Assembly: GCA_050013255.1 (NCBI GenBank)
Contig: JBEKFP010000003.1
Span: 96,001 to 160,000 of the forward strand
Direction of reading: 5' to 3'
From: Candidatus Bathyarchaeia archaeon
GTDB lineage: Archaea; Thermoproteota; Bathyarchaeia; 40CM-2-53-6
Length of the DNA stretch: 64,000 bases
The position numbers were made by a program, and so were the translations under genes. Shown here in pieces: positions 29,532 to 38,745 of the stretch. A model generated the notes under the pieces. That model was not told the origin of the DNA. It searched no databases and saw only the letters and a program-made list of their open reading frames with translations. Within the stretch, counting starts at the first letter, position 1. Each line of letters starts with the position of its first letter.

Positions 29532-30848
29532 TTGCCCTTTCCCGATCCTAAGGCTCTTGTGGCACTGGCTATTTTCGTCGCAACTTATGGTGTTCTAGCT
29601 TTTCGCAATGTGAAAGGATGGAAGTTTCCAATTTGGCTGATTCTGCTGATTGGTGCAGCTGCGATGGTTTTGTCAGGGTCGATCAGTGTAACCGACGCCT
29701 ACAAGGCAGTTGACCTTCATGTCATTCTATTTCTCTTCAGCATGTTCACTCTCGTCACAGCACTCGACATCGCAGGCGTCCTGGACGCATTTACAACTAG
29801 GCTCTTGCTTAGGGCGAAAAAACCCGAGGACGTCTTGTATCTCACATTCTTCGGCTTTGCAGCAGCCAGCGCCGTTCTGATGAACGACACCCTAGCCCTC
29901 ATGGGTACACCAGTCATGATTTCGCTCGCCAAGAAGATGAAGATTTCCTCACGACCTCTTCTTCTCACCTTAGCATTCGCTGTTACTATTGGCAGCGCCG
30001 TAACACCGATGGGAAATCCGCAGAACTTACTCGTAGCTTTGGGCAGCGGAATGCGTGCCCCCGTTCTCACCTTTGCGAGATACCTCCTCATTCCTACAAT
30101 AGTCAACCTCCTGCTAACCTACTATCTTCTGAGGCATCAGCTCCGCAACGAGTTTGCGAAAGCACGAAAAGGTTTCCGTGACCTGGTCGATTTCGAAGCG
30201 TCAACACAGAAAGACGTGATGAAAGACGGTGGACTGGCAAAGCTTGCCATCTCTGTCACCTGTCTAACTATTGCGGCAATCTTTCTCATAAACATCCTTG
30301 AAGAGGCAGGTGTTCCAACGCCTTTCGGAATCGCAGAGGTATCACTTTTCGGAGCAGCCCTGCTTTTGGCCCTCTCCGGTCGAAGCAGGGAGATCATTCA
30401 ATCGATCGATTGGGGTATCCTTGTTTTGTTCGCTTCTCTCTTCGTGCTTACGCAGGCCGTTTGGGATAATGGGATCATCGCGGCGATGGCGAGCTACTTG
30501 CCTACGATCAGTGCTCAGAATCCGCATTCTTCGATACTCGCAATTCTGGTTTCTAGCGTTGGGCTTAGCCAAGTCTTGAGCAATGTGCCGATGGTTGCGC
30601 TCTATATTCCGCTCATGAAATCATTGAATTTTGGTCCCCAGAACGTGTACGCCTGGATTGCGCTTGGAGGCGGAAGCACGCTGGCAGGTAATTTCACGCT
30701 CCTTGGGGCAGCCAGTACCCTCATAATTATCGAAGAAGCTGAAAAACAAGGGCACACCTTAGGATTCTTCGACTTTCTAAAAATCGGGATCATCGTAACA
30801 GCGGTCACAGTCGGGGTGCTCTACTTCTTCCTGCTTCTCGTAAGTTGA
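29532..30848 (+). CDS. ArsB/NhaD (CitMHS-like) ion transporter
   Basis: MND, GSAVTPMGNPQN, LSNVP, GSTLAGNFTLLGAAS; many TM helices. Confidence 0.9.
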   Translation: MPFPDPKALVALAIFVATYGVLAFRNVKGWKFPIWLILLIGAAAMVLSGSISVTDAYKAVDLHVILFLFSMFTLVTALDIAGVLDAFTTRLLLRAKKPEDVLYLTFFGFAAASAVLMNDTLALMGTPVMISLAKKMKISSRPLLLTLAFAVTIGSAVTPMGNPQNLLVALGSGMRAPVLTFARYLLIPTIVNLLLTYYLLRHQLRNEFAKARKGFRDLVDFEASTQKDVMKDGGLAKLAISVTCLTIAAIFLINILEEAGVPTPFGIAEVSLFGAALLLALSGRSREIIQSIDWGILVLFASLFVLTQAVWDNGIIAAMASYLPTISAQNPHSSILAILVSSVGLSQVLSNVPMVALYIPLMKSLNFGPQNVYAWIALGGGSTLAGNFTLLGAASTLIIIEEAEKQGHTLGFFDFLKIGIIVTAVTVGVLYFFLLLVS

Positions 30849-30853
30849 GTTGA

Positions 30854-30924
30854 TTCTCAGTATCGAGGGTTCGAGAGTCTCATTGGTCCCACGATTTGTG
30901 GGTTCAACTCCCATCGACTCCACG
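30854..30924 (+). repeat. att-like repeats: partial type C (30854-30874) plus type A (30881-30924)
   Basis: ttCTCagtatcGAGGGTTCga; cattggtCCCACgatttGTGGGttcaactCCCATcgactccacg. Confidence 0.78.
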
Positions 30925-30937
30925 AGTGATTGGATGG

Positions 30938-31250
30938 GGTCTTGCTAGAACTCAGGAAGCAGAAACGGCTCAAAATGGGACGATTTAGAAGTAGCCCCAC
31001 CGTACATTACAATTAAGTCCCACCGGCCCCACCACGAATTCTTGCGGTTCACGCGGCGGGTCTCAGATGGCATGACTTGAGGGATTATTTCCACACATCC
31101 TGCGTGAAGGTTGGCATTCCACACCGTGTAGTCCATTTCATGCTTGGACATGTGGCTGAACGAGAGGATCATTTCAGGGACATGATGTCTCGCGACATTG
31201 ACTATCTGCGGAAGGAGTACCTCAAAGTGGAAACACAGTGTTTCGCCTGA
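30938..31250 (+). pseudogene. Tyrosine recombinase remnant interrupted by the tRNA 3'-end sequence (31018-31034)
   Basis: RWHDLRDYF...HFMLGH...DIDYLRKEY (HxLR and LGH motifs); upstream KWDDLE-like segment in another frame. Confidence 0.72.
31018..31034 (+). repeat. Exact 17-nt copy of the tRNA 3' end
   Basis: TCCCACCGGCCCCACCA. Confidence 0.85.
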
Positions 31251-31427
31251 TCAAAACGAATAGTAAAACCATCATGTGTGAATGAGGGCACTTTGTCTGA
31301 CGAGAAAATCCCACAGACCCAGAAACGTCCGGTGATCAATCCGCCAAGAACGGGTAGTACGGGAGGTTCCCTGAGATGTTATCGATGAGTCAAGCGAACA
31401 TGGCCATGACTATCCTGGCGCTAGCTT

Positions 31428-31778
31428 TTGTGGGGGTGGGCTGTCTGTGCGGCGATCATTGGAGTTGGAATGATGTTTTCTTCTCAGATCAACGCCCTGA
31501 TAGCGCACGCAATTGGAGCACCTGTCGTCTTTGCGATTATATCCTTACTCTACTTCAAGAAATTCAGGTATACAACGCCGTTACAGACCGCCCTGATTTT
31601 TCTTGCATTCGTTTTCCTGATGGATTTCTTTGTCGTGGCTTTCGCAATCATGAGGAGTTTCCAAATGTTCATGAGCGTTCTCGGAACATGGATTCCTTTT
31701 GCTCTGATCTTTATCTCGACCTATGCGACAGGAGTGTATGTGACGATGACGCAGCAACAGAAAGGGGGTCACGTGTGA
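31428..31778 (+). CDS. Small multi-TM membrane protein, possibly N-truncated or frameshifted
   Basis: Four hydrophobic segments. Confidence 0.6.
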   Translation: MWGWAVCAAIIGVGMMFSSQINALIAHAIGAPVVFAIISLLYFKKFRYTTPLQTALIFLAFVFLMDFFVVAFAIMRSFQMFMSVLGTWIPFALIFISTYATGVYVTMTQQQKGGHV

Positions 31779-32482
31779 GAACTTTGGGAATGGAGTCCAT
31801 TCTCCTTTTCGGCTTTTATTGCTTCTTCTAGTTTCCTTTCTAACTCAGCAACTTCTTTTCTTTTTTCTGTTAGTTGTTCGGCAAGCAGGACTTTTAGTTT
31901 GGCTTTTTTTTGAACCGTCAAATAATATCCTTTTTCAATCTCTTTCCCTCCAGTCAATGCTGTTGCATTTTTAGAGCCGAATACAATAAGTTCTCCCGGA
32001 TTGGCCTCCAAGAATGCGGTGTTTGCAAGCACTTCTGATGCGTCTGCAAGTCTTTTGCCTTTATCTACGGCCTTTTCGACCTTAGTTGGAGGATCTGTTG
32101 AACTTACTTTTTTCTTTGCAAAGCTCAAGTTTCCGGCTTCGTCAACCTGCACCACCCGAGCACGAAAGCCGCCCCCGATGCCCGAAAAGATGCTAACCAT
32201 GCCCCTGCCGTTTTTGTGGTAGTAGACGCCCGCGGCCAAAGGCCTTCCAGCCCTTATGCTTTCAGTAGCATTCTTGTAAAAAAAAGTTCTTTGGCTCCAT
32301 TTAGTGCCTTCTGCAAAGGCTTCATCACTAGTTACTTTAGTAGCAAGTACTTTTGATTCTGTCCTTTCTCTTGCGGATGCGCTCATATTATCACCTTGAA
32401 ATTTCACTGATAATAAGGGTGCTGCCTTTCGATAGTTCACCATGCTCACGATGTCGAATGAACAGATGATTCGATAAGGCAT
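31769..32482 (-). CDS. Lys/Glu-rich hypothetical protein (likely start ATG 32387)
   Basis: Long ORF with AGGTGA before MSASARER; AT-richer than flanks. Confidence 0.6.
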   Translation of the reverse strand: MPYRIICSFDIVSMVNYRKAAPLLSVKFQGDNMSASARERTESKVLATKVTSDEAFAEGTKWSQRTFFYKNATESIRAGRPLAAGVYYHKNGRGMVSIFSGIGGGFRARVVQVDEAGNLSFAKKKVSSTDPPTKVEKAVDKGKRLADASEVLANTAFLEANPGELIVFGSKNATALTGGKEIEKGYYLTVQKKAKLKVLLAEQLTEKRKEVAELERKLEEAIKAEKENGLHSQSSHT

Positions 32483-32489
32483 TCAAGCT

Positions 32490-32653
32490 TCCTCCCGCAC
32501 AATATATTGTGCTGAAGTCCCACCCCCACGCCCCACGACGTGCACCTGTTGCGTTAAGGGCTAGAATGCGGCTAGTCGACTTCACGGGCTTCGAAAGAAA
32601 CCGACTTTATGCGGAAGGAATACGCCAAAGTCGAAAAACGGTTCTTCGTATGA
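32490..32653 (+). pseudogene. Second remnant of the 30938-type integrase
   Basis: YIVLKSH resembles YITIKSH; ETDFMRKEYAKVEKRFFV* resembles DIDYLRKEYLKVETQCFA*. Confidence 0.55.
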
Positions 32654-32816
32654 GTGTTGTCCGTTAATGCTATTTGGGCGTGTGGAGTAGTGATTGCGTT
32701 CGACGGGAGAGTGGCCCTTGGTCTGGTTGCAAACGACCTGACGAAGTGGTCTAACCTTCATATGAAAACATGCGGGGGTTGCCAAACCTTCGCTTGTTTA
32801 ACTTGGCTAACAATCC

Positions 32817-32873
32817 GTGGAACCCTCATAGAACCCACGATATTGGTGGGTTCGTATCCCACGGGCCCCACCA
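32817..32873 (+). repeat. att-like repeat, type B
   Basis: gtggaaccctcataGAACCCACgatattgGTGGGTTCgtatcccacgggccccacca; 54/57 identical to 42134-42190. Confidence 0.9.
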
Positions 32874-33057
32874 AAAATTTATTAATTTCACGAACCCGCA
32901 ACAATCACGGACAATTCCCTGATGGCCTTTTGACTCGTTGCTTAACTTTCGGTTTCACGAAATTAACCGACATCAGTCGAAGAGTTCAGAGAACCGTAAC
33001 CCTAGAAAGTAGTCAGATGACTCAAGAAACCCATATATTCTCAGTGTTGGTGAACTG

Positions 33058-34941
33058 TTGAAAGGGCTTGACTTGCTCAAGTCGCTTTTCATGCTAGTTC
33101 TAATCCTTTTCACATCAAGTGTGGTCTATGTTGCTGGTTCAACCCCGTCTTCGCCGAATCTGACAGTCGCAGAGATATACCCAACATGGAATGAGCAGGC
33201 GTCTACTCCAATCCTTCCGGGTTCGAAGGAGCAATTCCGTATCTACGTTCTGGTGACTAATTCGGGTGGCTACGAACCGCGGAACGCCACCTTGAACCTC
33301 AAGGTCTCATGGCAAGGAGCAAATGCCCAGGGACCAACCGAATATCAAGACAGCGTTGATGTGAAAAGTGGATCTGATGCTTTTGCCTACTTCGGACCGT
33401 TTGTAGCGGATTCGCCCACGAATATGACGGTGCTGGCCACTATTAACCCGAATCGCACCATTCAGGAATCAGATTATTCTGACAACGGCATGAGTGCCAC
33501 GTTCCACGTTGGTAAACTGTTTCCAACGGTCTCCCTTTTATCCGCTGGAACTCTTTGGCACGAAAACGAGACGCCGTCATTTTACTATACCTCTAGCGTT
33601 AGTTCTAGTGGTAACTATGAGAATCGGCTTCACGTCACGATGTCCCGCAACGGAGAAATTGTTGCAGTCCGCTCGGATTCTGGGCACATCAGTCTTTACA
33701 AGAACGGGACATTGATTTACGATCTACAGTCTACAACATTCTCGGATTCTGCTCTTTCGGATTCCGGAAAATACTTCGCCGTGAAGACTGACTCCATCAA
33801 ATTATTCGATGTGGATCAACTTGCTATGGGCAACAAGGCCCCGCTTGCTTCTGTCTCCGGAATGACAAAACTGGGGATGCTATCCTTCTGGAGGGTCGCG
33901 GTATCTGACAATGGCACGTTGGCGATTGCTGGATTCGCGAACTCAATCTTGAGCTTTGGTATCCTCAAAGTAATCGGCGACCCACAAAGATTCCAAGACT
34001 TTGGGACGGGAGTCTCGTGGGGGAAAGTTTTCGACGGAGATTCCCCGCATTTCGGTCCGAACTTTTATTATCTTATAGAAAGCCTAAGCTTTGACGACAC
34101 TGGTCAACTTCTGGTCGGACTAAGTGGATTTTTTGTTGGCAACCCCCATTCGCTGTCAAGACTTTACGGACCTAATCCATGGTTATACCTACTCGATTCT
34201 CTTGGAAATGTTGTATGGACTGGAAACGTTTCATCACGCGTCTCCGAGGATAGTGCAATTTCCTCCGATGGAAAGGCCCTGCTCACAGCCACGGATGACG
34301 GCCGTATCCATTACTTCGATAGATCAACAAACACCAATTTCAGTTTCTTCCTGGGGTTCAACACAGGGCCGAAGGGAAGCATAGGGACGAGCAATTCCCA
34401 GTTTGCGATTTCTCCTACCGGCGACTATCTAGCTGTAGCGGATTCGTCGAGCATCTACATCTTGGACGCAACCGGGGCACCGCTCTTCATGTTCCCCATG
34501 TCAAATGTCACTAGTCTCGCCCTTGGCGGAGGCTATCTCGTGGCTGGAAGATTAGGCGGTGCCGAGGAAATTTCTCTTTGGCAACCTGTTGATCAGGCAA
34601 TCGTTGAAGCTCAATCCCTCATAAACCAGGCACTTGGTGCGGGAGCCAACGTGACCCAAGCCGCGTCCATTCTGGCTTCAGCACAGGAGCAGAGGCGAGA
34701 GGGTGAATGGTACAAAGCATATTCGTATGCTGAAAGCTCGATTATTACTGCCAATCAGGCGTTGGCTTCGAGAACACTTTTCGCTACAGCTACAACAAGC
34801 TCATTAACACTGCCCAGCGGGCCGCCTGCCGAATTGCTCCCGATCGCAGTCATCTTGCCAATTGGAATTGCAGTGGTCATTCTTGTTGCAGTAACCTTGC
34901 TTATTACTGTCAGAAGGAAACGTCGGAAGACCGCCGAATAG
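33058..34941 (+). CDS. Secreted CARDB + beta-propeller surface protein with C-terminal TM
   Basis: Signal peptide, INPNRTIQESDYSDN (CARDB), 'AISSDG/AISPTG' WD-like repeats, TM + RRKRRK. Confidence 0.8.
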   Translation: MKGLDLLKSLFMLVLILFTSSVVYVAGSTPSSPNLTVAEIYPTWNEQASTPILPGSKEQFRIYVLVTNSGGYEPRNATLNLKVSWQGANAQGPTEYQDSVDVKSGSDAFAYFGPFVADSPTNMTVLATINPNRTIQESDYSDNGMSATFHVGKLFPTVSLLSAGTLWHENETPSFYYTSSVSSSGNYENRLHVTMSRNGEIVAVRSDSGHISLYKNGTLIYDLQSTTFSDSALSDSGKYFAVKTDSIKLFDVDQLAMGNKAPLASVSGMTKLGMLSFWRVAVSDNGTLAIAGFANSILSFGILKVIGDPQRFQDFGTGVSWGKVFDGDSPHFGPNFYYLIESLSFDDTGQLLVGLSGFFVGNPHSLSRLYGPNPWLYLLDSLGNVVWTGNVSSRVSEDSAISSDGKALLTATDDGRIHYFDRSTNTNFSFFLGFNTGPKGSIGTSNSQFAISPTGDYLAVADSSSIYILDATGAPLFMFPMSNVTSLALGGGYLVAGRLGGAEEISLWQPVDQAIVEAQSLINQALGAGANVTQAASILASAQEQRREGEWYKAYSYAESSIITANQALASRTLFATATTSSLTLPSGPPAELLPIAVILPIGIAVVILVAVTLLITVRRKRRKTAE

Positions 34942-35031
34942 GCGCCTGGATGCCGAGAGGTTATCAGCCGTAAAGCGAGAGTCGGGCCGTCAATAACTAC
35001 CGTTCGTGTGCGTTAGAGCTTCGAAAATGGC

Positions 35032-35076
35032 CATTAGTCCCACAAATCGTGGGTTCAAATCCCTCCGGGCCCACCA
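35032..35076 (+). repeat. att-like repeat, type A left arm joined to a CCCTC-type right arm
   Basis: cattagtCCCACaaatcGTGGGttcaaatCCCTCcgggcccacca. Confidence 0.88.
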
Positions 35077-36086
35077 CCTTTGGCAACTTCAAGACTGCAA
35101 CTGACAATATTGCCGACCTAGTGGAACCCGCATGGAACCCACGATATTGGTGGGCTCGTATCCCACCGGCCCCACCATTTAACGAACCGACCCCACTCAG
35201 TGAACTAGCGGCATTTGCTTTCTATCTGAAGAAGAACGGCTACCGGGATTCCACGATTAGAGGAACCGTGCAGGCTCTAAAGGCGTTAACGCATCACGTT
35301 AACCCCCTAGACCCTGAATTAGTGAAAGGCTACCTAGCTAGAGCAGACTGTTCCATTAATCGAAAAGGGAAGGTTTGCGAGGACCTAGACCGGTTCTATA
35401 AGTACAAAGGTATTCAGTGGGCCAAACCGAATTATCAACGAGTAGATACTCTGCCTTTTGTTCCCACAACCCAAGAAGCAAACGACCTGATAGCCTGCCT
35501 TGGCCCGAAAATGTCCGTGTTCGCTCTTTTGCTGAAAGAAATAGGTTGCCGGTTCAATGAGGGTTTCGGCCTGAGATGGCAAGACATCAACGTAGAAAAT
35601 AGTACCGTAACGATTACTCCGTTGAAGGGGTCCTATGCAAGGCAAATGAAGATAAGCCCCAAACTAATGGGACTACTCAATAGCCTTCACAAGAAATGGC
35701 CAACATACGTTTTCAGAAATCATAAAATTGAATTGTGGAAATCCTCTAAGCGATTTAGAACCGAATACATGTTTCAGAGACGCAGAGCCTCAATCAAGCT
35801 GAATCAGCCCAGACTAAACCTAGTCAGTTTCAAGAGCCTACGACATCACTACGCATGTAGGCTCTATGAATCAACGAAAGATATTCTCTTTGTTCAAAGA
35901 CAGATGGGACATAGAAGCCTGTCAAACACGGTTCGCTATACTCGGATGGTCAATTTCGATGCTGAAGACGATTTCATAGTGAAAGCGGCCAAAAATAAGA
36001 GCGAAGCGGAACCTCTGATAGAAGCGGGATACCAATACGTCGTTACCACGCCGGAAGGTTACATGTTATTCAGTAAGAGGAAATAA
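35049..36086 (+). CDS. Tyrosine recombinase/integrase; start codon lies within the att repeats (GTG 35049 or GTG 35121)
   Basis: GCRFNE (R), LKGS (K), FKSLRH, QMGH, TVRY (Y). Confidence 0.93.
   Translation: MGSNPSGPTTFGNFKTATDNIADLVEPAWNPRYWWARIPPAPPFNEPTPLSELAAFAFYLKKNGYRDSTIRGTVQALKALTHHVNPLDPELVKGYLARADCSINRKGKVCEDLDRFYKYKGIQWAKPNYQRVDTLPFVPTTQEANDLIACLGPKMSVFALLLKEIGCRFNEGFGLRWQDINVENSTVTITPLKGSYARQMKISPKLMGLLNSLHKKWPTYVFRNHKIELWKSSKRFRTEYMFQRRRASIKLNQPRLNLVSFKSLRHHYACRLYESTKDILFVQRQMGHRSLSNTVRYTRMVNFDAEDDFIVKAAKNKSEAEPLIEAGYQYVVTTPEGYMLFSKRK
35121..35177 (+). repeat. att-like repeat, type B, inside the integrase ORF
   Basis: 56/57 identical to 42134-42190. Confidence 0.92.
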
Positions 36087-36088
36087 CC

Positions 36089-36160
36089 GAGTTGATAGAG
36101 GCGGGGTTCGACTTCATCTTGCAGAAAGATGGGTTAGCATATTTTAGAAAACGGAAGTAA
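36089..36160 (+). pseudogene. C-terminal tail of another integrase of the same family
   Basis: ELIEAGFDFILQKDGLAYFRKRK* parallels PLIEAGYQYVVTTPEGYMLFSKRK*. Confidence 0.75.
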
Positions 36161-36276
36161 GACCTTGATAGCGCCTCTTGATGGCGACTCATCACGACCA
36201 TAATGGCGCTAATAATGCCGATAATCGTATACATAAATTCCCACCCATTTCTACTTACCGATTAACATTGTTTTGG

Positions 36277-36377
36277 AATTTCTTAGTAGAGACATGGAGT
36301 CTCGCCAGGGGCACAATGGTTGAACCGCCTGTTAGCAGAAAACACTTGTGATGCCATAAGGACTACAAGGACTTTAT
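36277..36377 (+). repeat. Conserved post-integrase element, copy 2
   Basis: Matches 26623-26713, with a 23-nt identical core at 36330-36352. Confidence 0.8.
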
Positions 36378-36387
36378 TCTTGCGAAG

Positions 36388-36852
36388 TTGGGAGAGCTTG
36401 TAGATTACATCGAAGACCGAGATGGTCTCCGAGTCGTTTTGGGCTACTACTACATGACCAGTACCAGCGTAGACGCATTGCGAAGTAGAAGATTGTTTGT
36501 AGGATTCAAGGAACAGTTAAGACAGTTGGGCATTGAGATGGTGATTGTGGAGAAGCGGAATGATAAGTCTGGGAACATTGACCCTCGTCTGATCTCCGAT
36601 GCTTATAGACGCCTGCTTATTGAGAGGAAAGCGCCTTCAAACTTGGTTCTTGTGTGCGGTGATAAGGACTATGAGCCGATGCTCGTCGATTATGAGAAGC
36701 AAGGTCGAAGAGTAGCTGTATGCTTCTATCAACCGGTGGGCGGGGGCGCATCGATAGACCTATTGACCATCAGTGGAGCAGAATTCATCGAATTCACCAA
36801 TCCGAAACAATCTTGGACGCTTCAGAAATGCTCTCTTTTGCCGAGCTTTTGA
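36388..36852 (+). CDS. NYN (PIN-like) domain protein, probably N-truncated
   Basis: D..L..D, LVLVCGDKDYEPML...GRRV. Confidence 0.72.
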   Translation: MGELVDYIEDRDGLRVVLGYYYMTSTSVDALRSRRLFVGFKEQLRQLGIEMVIVEKRNDKSGNIDPRLISDAYRRLLIERKAPSNLVLVCGDKDYEPMLVDYEKQGRRVAVCFYQPVGGGASIDLLTISGAEFIEFTNPKQSWTLQKCSLLPSF

Positions 36853-36936
36853 CCTCCCAAAACATCGCTTTCCTTTACCGAGCAACATGAAGGAAGGCAG
36901 ATAAGTCATAAATAGACAGCGGTAAACCTCCTCAAT

Positions 36937-37734
36937 ATGAAGCACGTTCTGGTTCTTGTTACTGCGTTTCTTTTGCTCATCGTGACCCTACCTTCGATAA
37001 GGGGCCAAGTGAACAATCCGGTAGCTTATCCACTGTTAAACCAAGTTACTGTTGACGGAAAATACACCAGTCCAAGGGAATGGAACGATACGATTGTGTT
37101 CGAGGCGGTGGCGGGATTGGGCGAGACGGTGTACTTCAGCGCAAAGTACGATTCAACTTACCTCTACACCATCTGGGATTTCCCTGAGTGCAAAACATCG
37201 TTCACAGGCAGCGACACAAAGGGTGCAAACCAAGTATTACTCTACTTAAATCCTCTCAACAAGCGTTCAGCCACTGTTGATAATACCATGTACCGCATCG
37301 CTGCTTGGGAGTACGGTGCCCCCGTCGCTCGTGTCTCGGGCTCTCAGGGCTTGACAGGAGGCGGATGGGCAGAATGGGCTCATATAGACGGCCATTTCCT
37401 CGCTGCCTTGCAGTACACCTCTTCGCCACACTCTCAAACTCCCCATTTTGTCCTCGAACTTCGCATCGCATTAACATTCGCTAATCTGAAGTCAGCGACC
37501 ACAAATAGCAGCATCGGAATCGCCTTAGGATGGGTGGACAACTTTGGGAATGGCTTCGAGGTCGATTATCCAAGCGACTATAATTACAAGGATCCGAGTA
37601 CTTGGGGAACTATGTCGTTCTCTCACATGGCAGTACCAGAATTTCCTTTGAGTCCCACAGTGCCGTTCTTGGTCACGATTTTTGTCACAATACTCGCATG
37701 TAAGATAGCAAGGAAGAAACTCGAGGGGCGGTAA
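36937..37734 (+). CDS. Secreted CBM9/DOMON-like protein with PEF-CTERM anchor
   Basis: VDGKYTSPREW, ELRI, PSTWG; VPEFP + TM + RKK. Confidence 0.75.
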   Translation: MKHVLVLVTAFLLLIVTLPSIRGQVNNPVAYPLLNQVTVDGKYTSPREWNDTIVFEAVAGLGETVYFSAKYDSTYLYTIWDFPECKTSFTGSDTKGANQVLLYLNPLNKRSATVDNTMYRIAAWEYGAPVARVSGSQGLTGGGWAEWAHIDGHFLAALQYTSSPHSQTPHFVLELRIALTFANLKSATTNSSIGIALGWVDNFGNGFEVDYPSDYNYKDPSTWGTMSFSHMAVPEFPLSPTVPFLVTIFVTILACKIARKKLEGR

Positions 37735-37987
37735 GAACTCATCTTCGTTCCGCTGATCAATCAGCAACGTTATTTGTGGTCTAACCCCGACACTGTTGGG
37801 CAACCCCAACCGAGTCTGTTTACTGGAAACCAGTACTACATGAAGCTCTTCGACTCGTTTCAAAGTGTGCGTGATATGCTCTATGCCGGAATACTAAACG
37901 CTACTATGAGTATTTATTTCGCTGAAAGAAACAATCAATGAAAGTACACGACACGTGCTAGCCGTATTCAGATACAGCGTTTTGTAG

Positions 37988-38010
37988 CTCAATAATTGAG
38001 GGTTCGTACC
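37988..38010 (+). repeat. Partial type C att-like site
   Basis: CTCaataattGAGGGTTCgtacc. Confidence 0.55.
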
Positions 38011-38082
38011 GCTTCGAGCTATCTTTCTCGTGTCCTTGCATTGATAGCTACCGAAGTTTCTCGTGAATCTAGTTGGAGATGT

Positions 38083-38123
38083 CATTAGTCCCACGAATCG
38101 TGGGTTCAAATCCCACCGGCCCC
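38083..38123 (+). repeat. att-like repeat, type A
   Basis: cattagtCCCACGAaTCGTGGGttcaaatCCCACcggcccc. Confidence 0.92.
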
Positions 38124-38212
38124 TATTAAGAAGACTTTGTCGTCTGTTCACAGCCATTTTCGCTTGGAAATGTTCCGTCATAATTCATTTAATCGGGTTT
38201 GTAATGGTTCGG

Positions 38213-38587
38213 TCAGAACTGAGATTCGGAAAACATTCTCTCGAAAGAGGCTTGAGGTAAAGGTTTGCCTTTTGACAACAGTAACAACCGCTGTCTGAAC
38301 CTGTCGGTCTTCTTACCAGATATTACCAAGGCTACGAGGGCTATGATAGTCGAGAAGCCGAGAGAGAAGAGAAAAAACCCAACTGTTAATGTTGACCTGG
38401 CATTACTCAGCCAGGAGCTGGTCAAGCCCCCGAGTGAAAATATGAAAACAATCATGATAATATTGATGGCTTTATCAATCGTCAACGTTCGTGATTCTAA
38501 CGCAGCCCGAAGCACGTCCAGTTGCCATTCTGCTTTTCGGGAGGGCACGCCTCTAGTAGAACGCTTCCTCGCTGCCATCTTAACCAA
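38213..38587 (-). CDS. Two-TM hypothetical protein
   Basis: Two hydrophobic helices flanked by basic regions. Confidence 0.6.
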   Translation of the reverse strand: MVKMAARKRSTRGVPSRKAEWQLDVLRAALESRTLTIDKAINIIMIVFIFSLGGLTSSWLSNARSTLTVGFFLFSLGFSTIIALVALVISGKKTDRFRQRLLLLSKGKPLPQASFERMFSESQF

Positions 38588-38745
38588 CTGAGAATAGATC
38601 TCTCTCCCTCCTAAATATCATGTAGCATTGAAGTTGCTTTGCTCGCCACCGGAATTCGACATTAGGGTACGTGTGTACGTTTCGTAAATTGGAAAGACTC
38701 ATTTGGGGCCCATTCGTTATTCTACTTGATTCGAGTGACTAAGCG

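Noticed and set aside
35049-36086. Classical integron integrase IntI with attC sites
   Set aside because: No evident IntI-specific insertion, and the sites lack RYYYAAC/GTTRRRY boxes; the similarity to integrons is organisational only
36098-36115. Another T-loop repeat (GGGGTTCGACT)
   Set aside because: No complementary stem; it encodes the AGFD of an integrase C-terminal remnant
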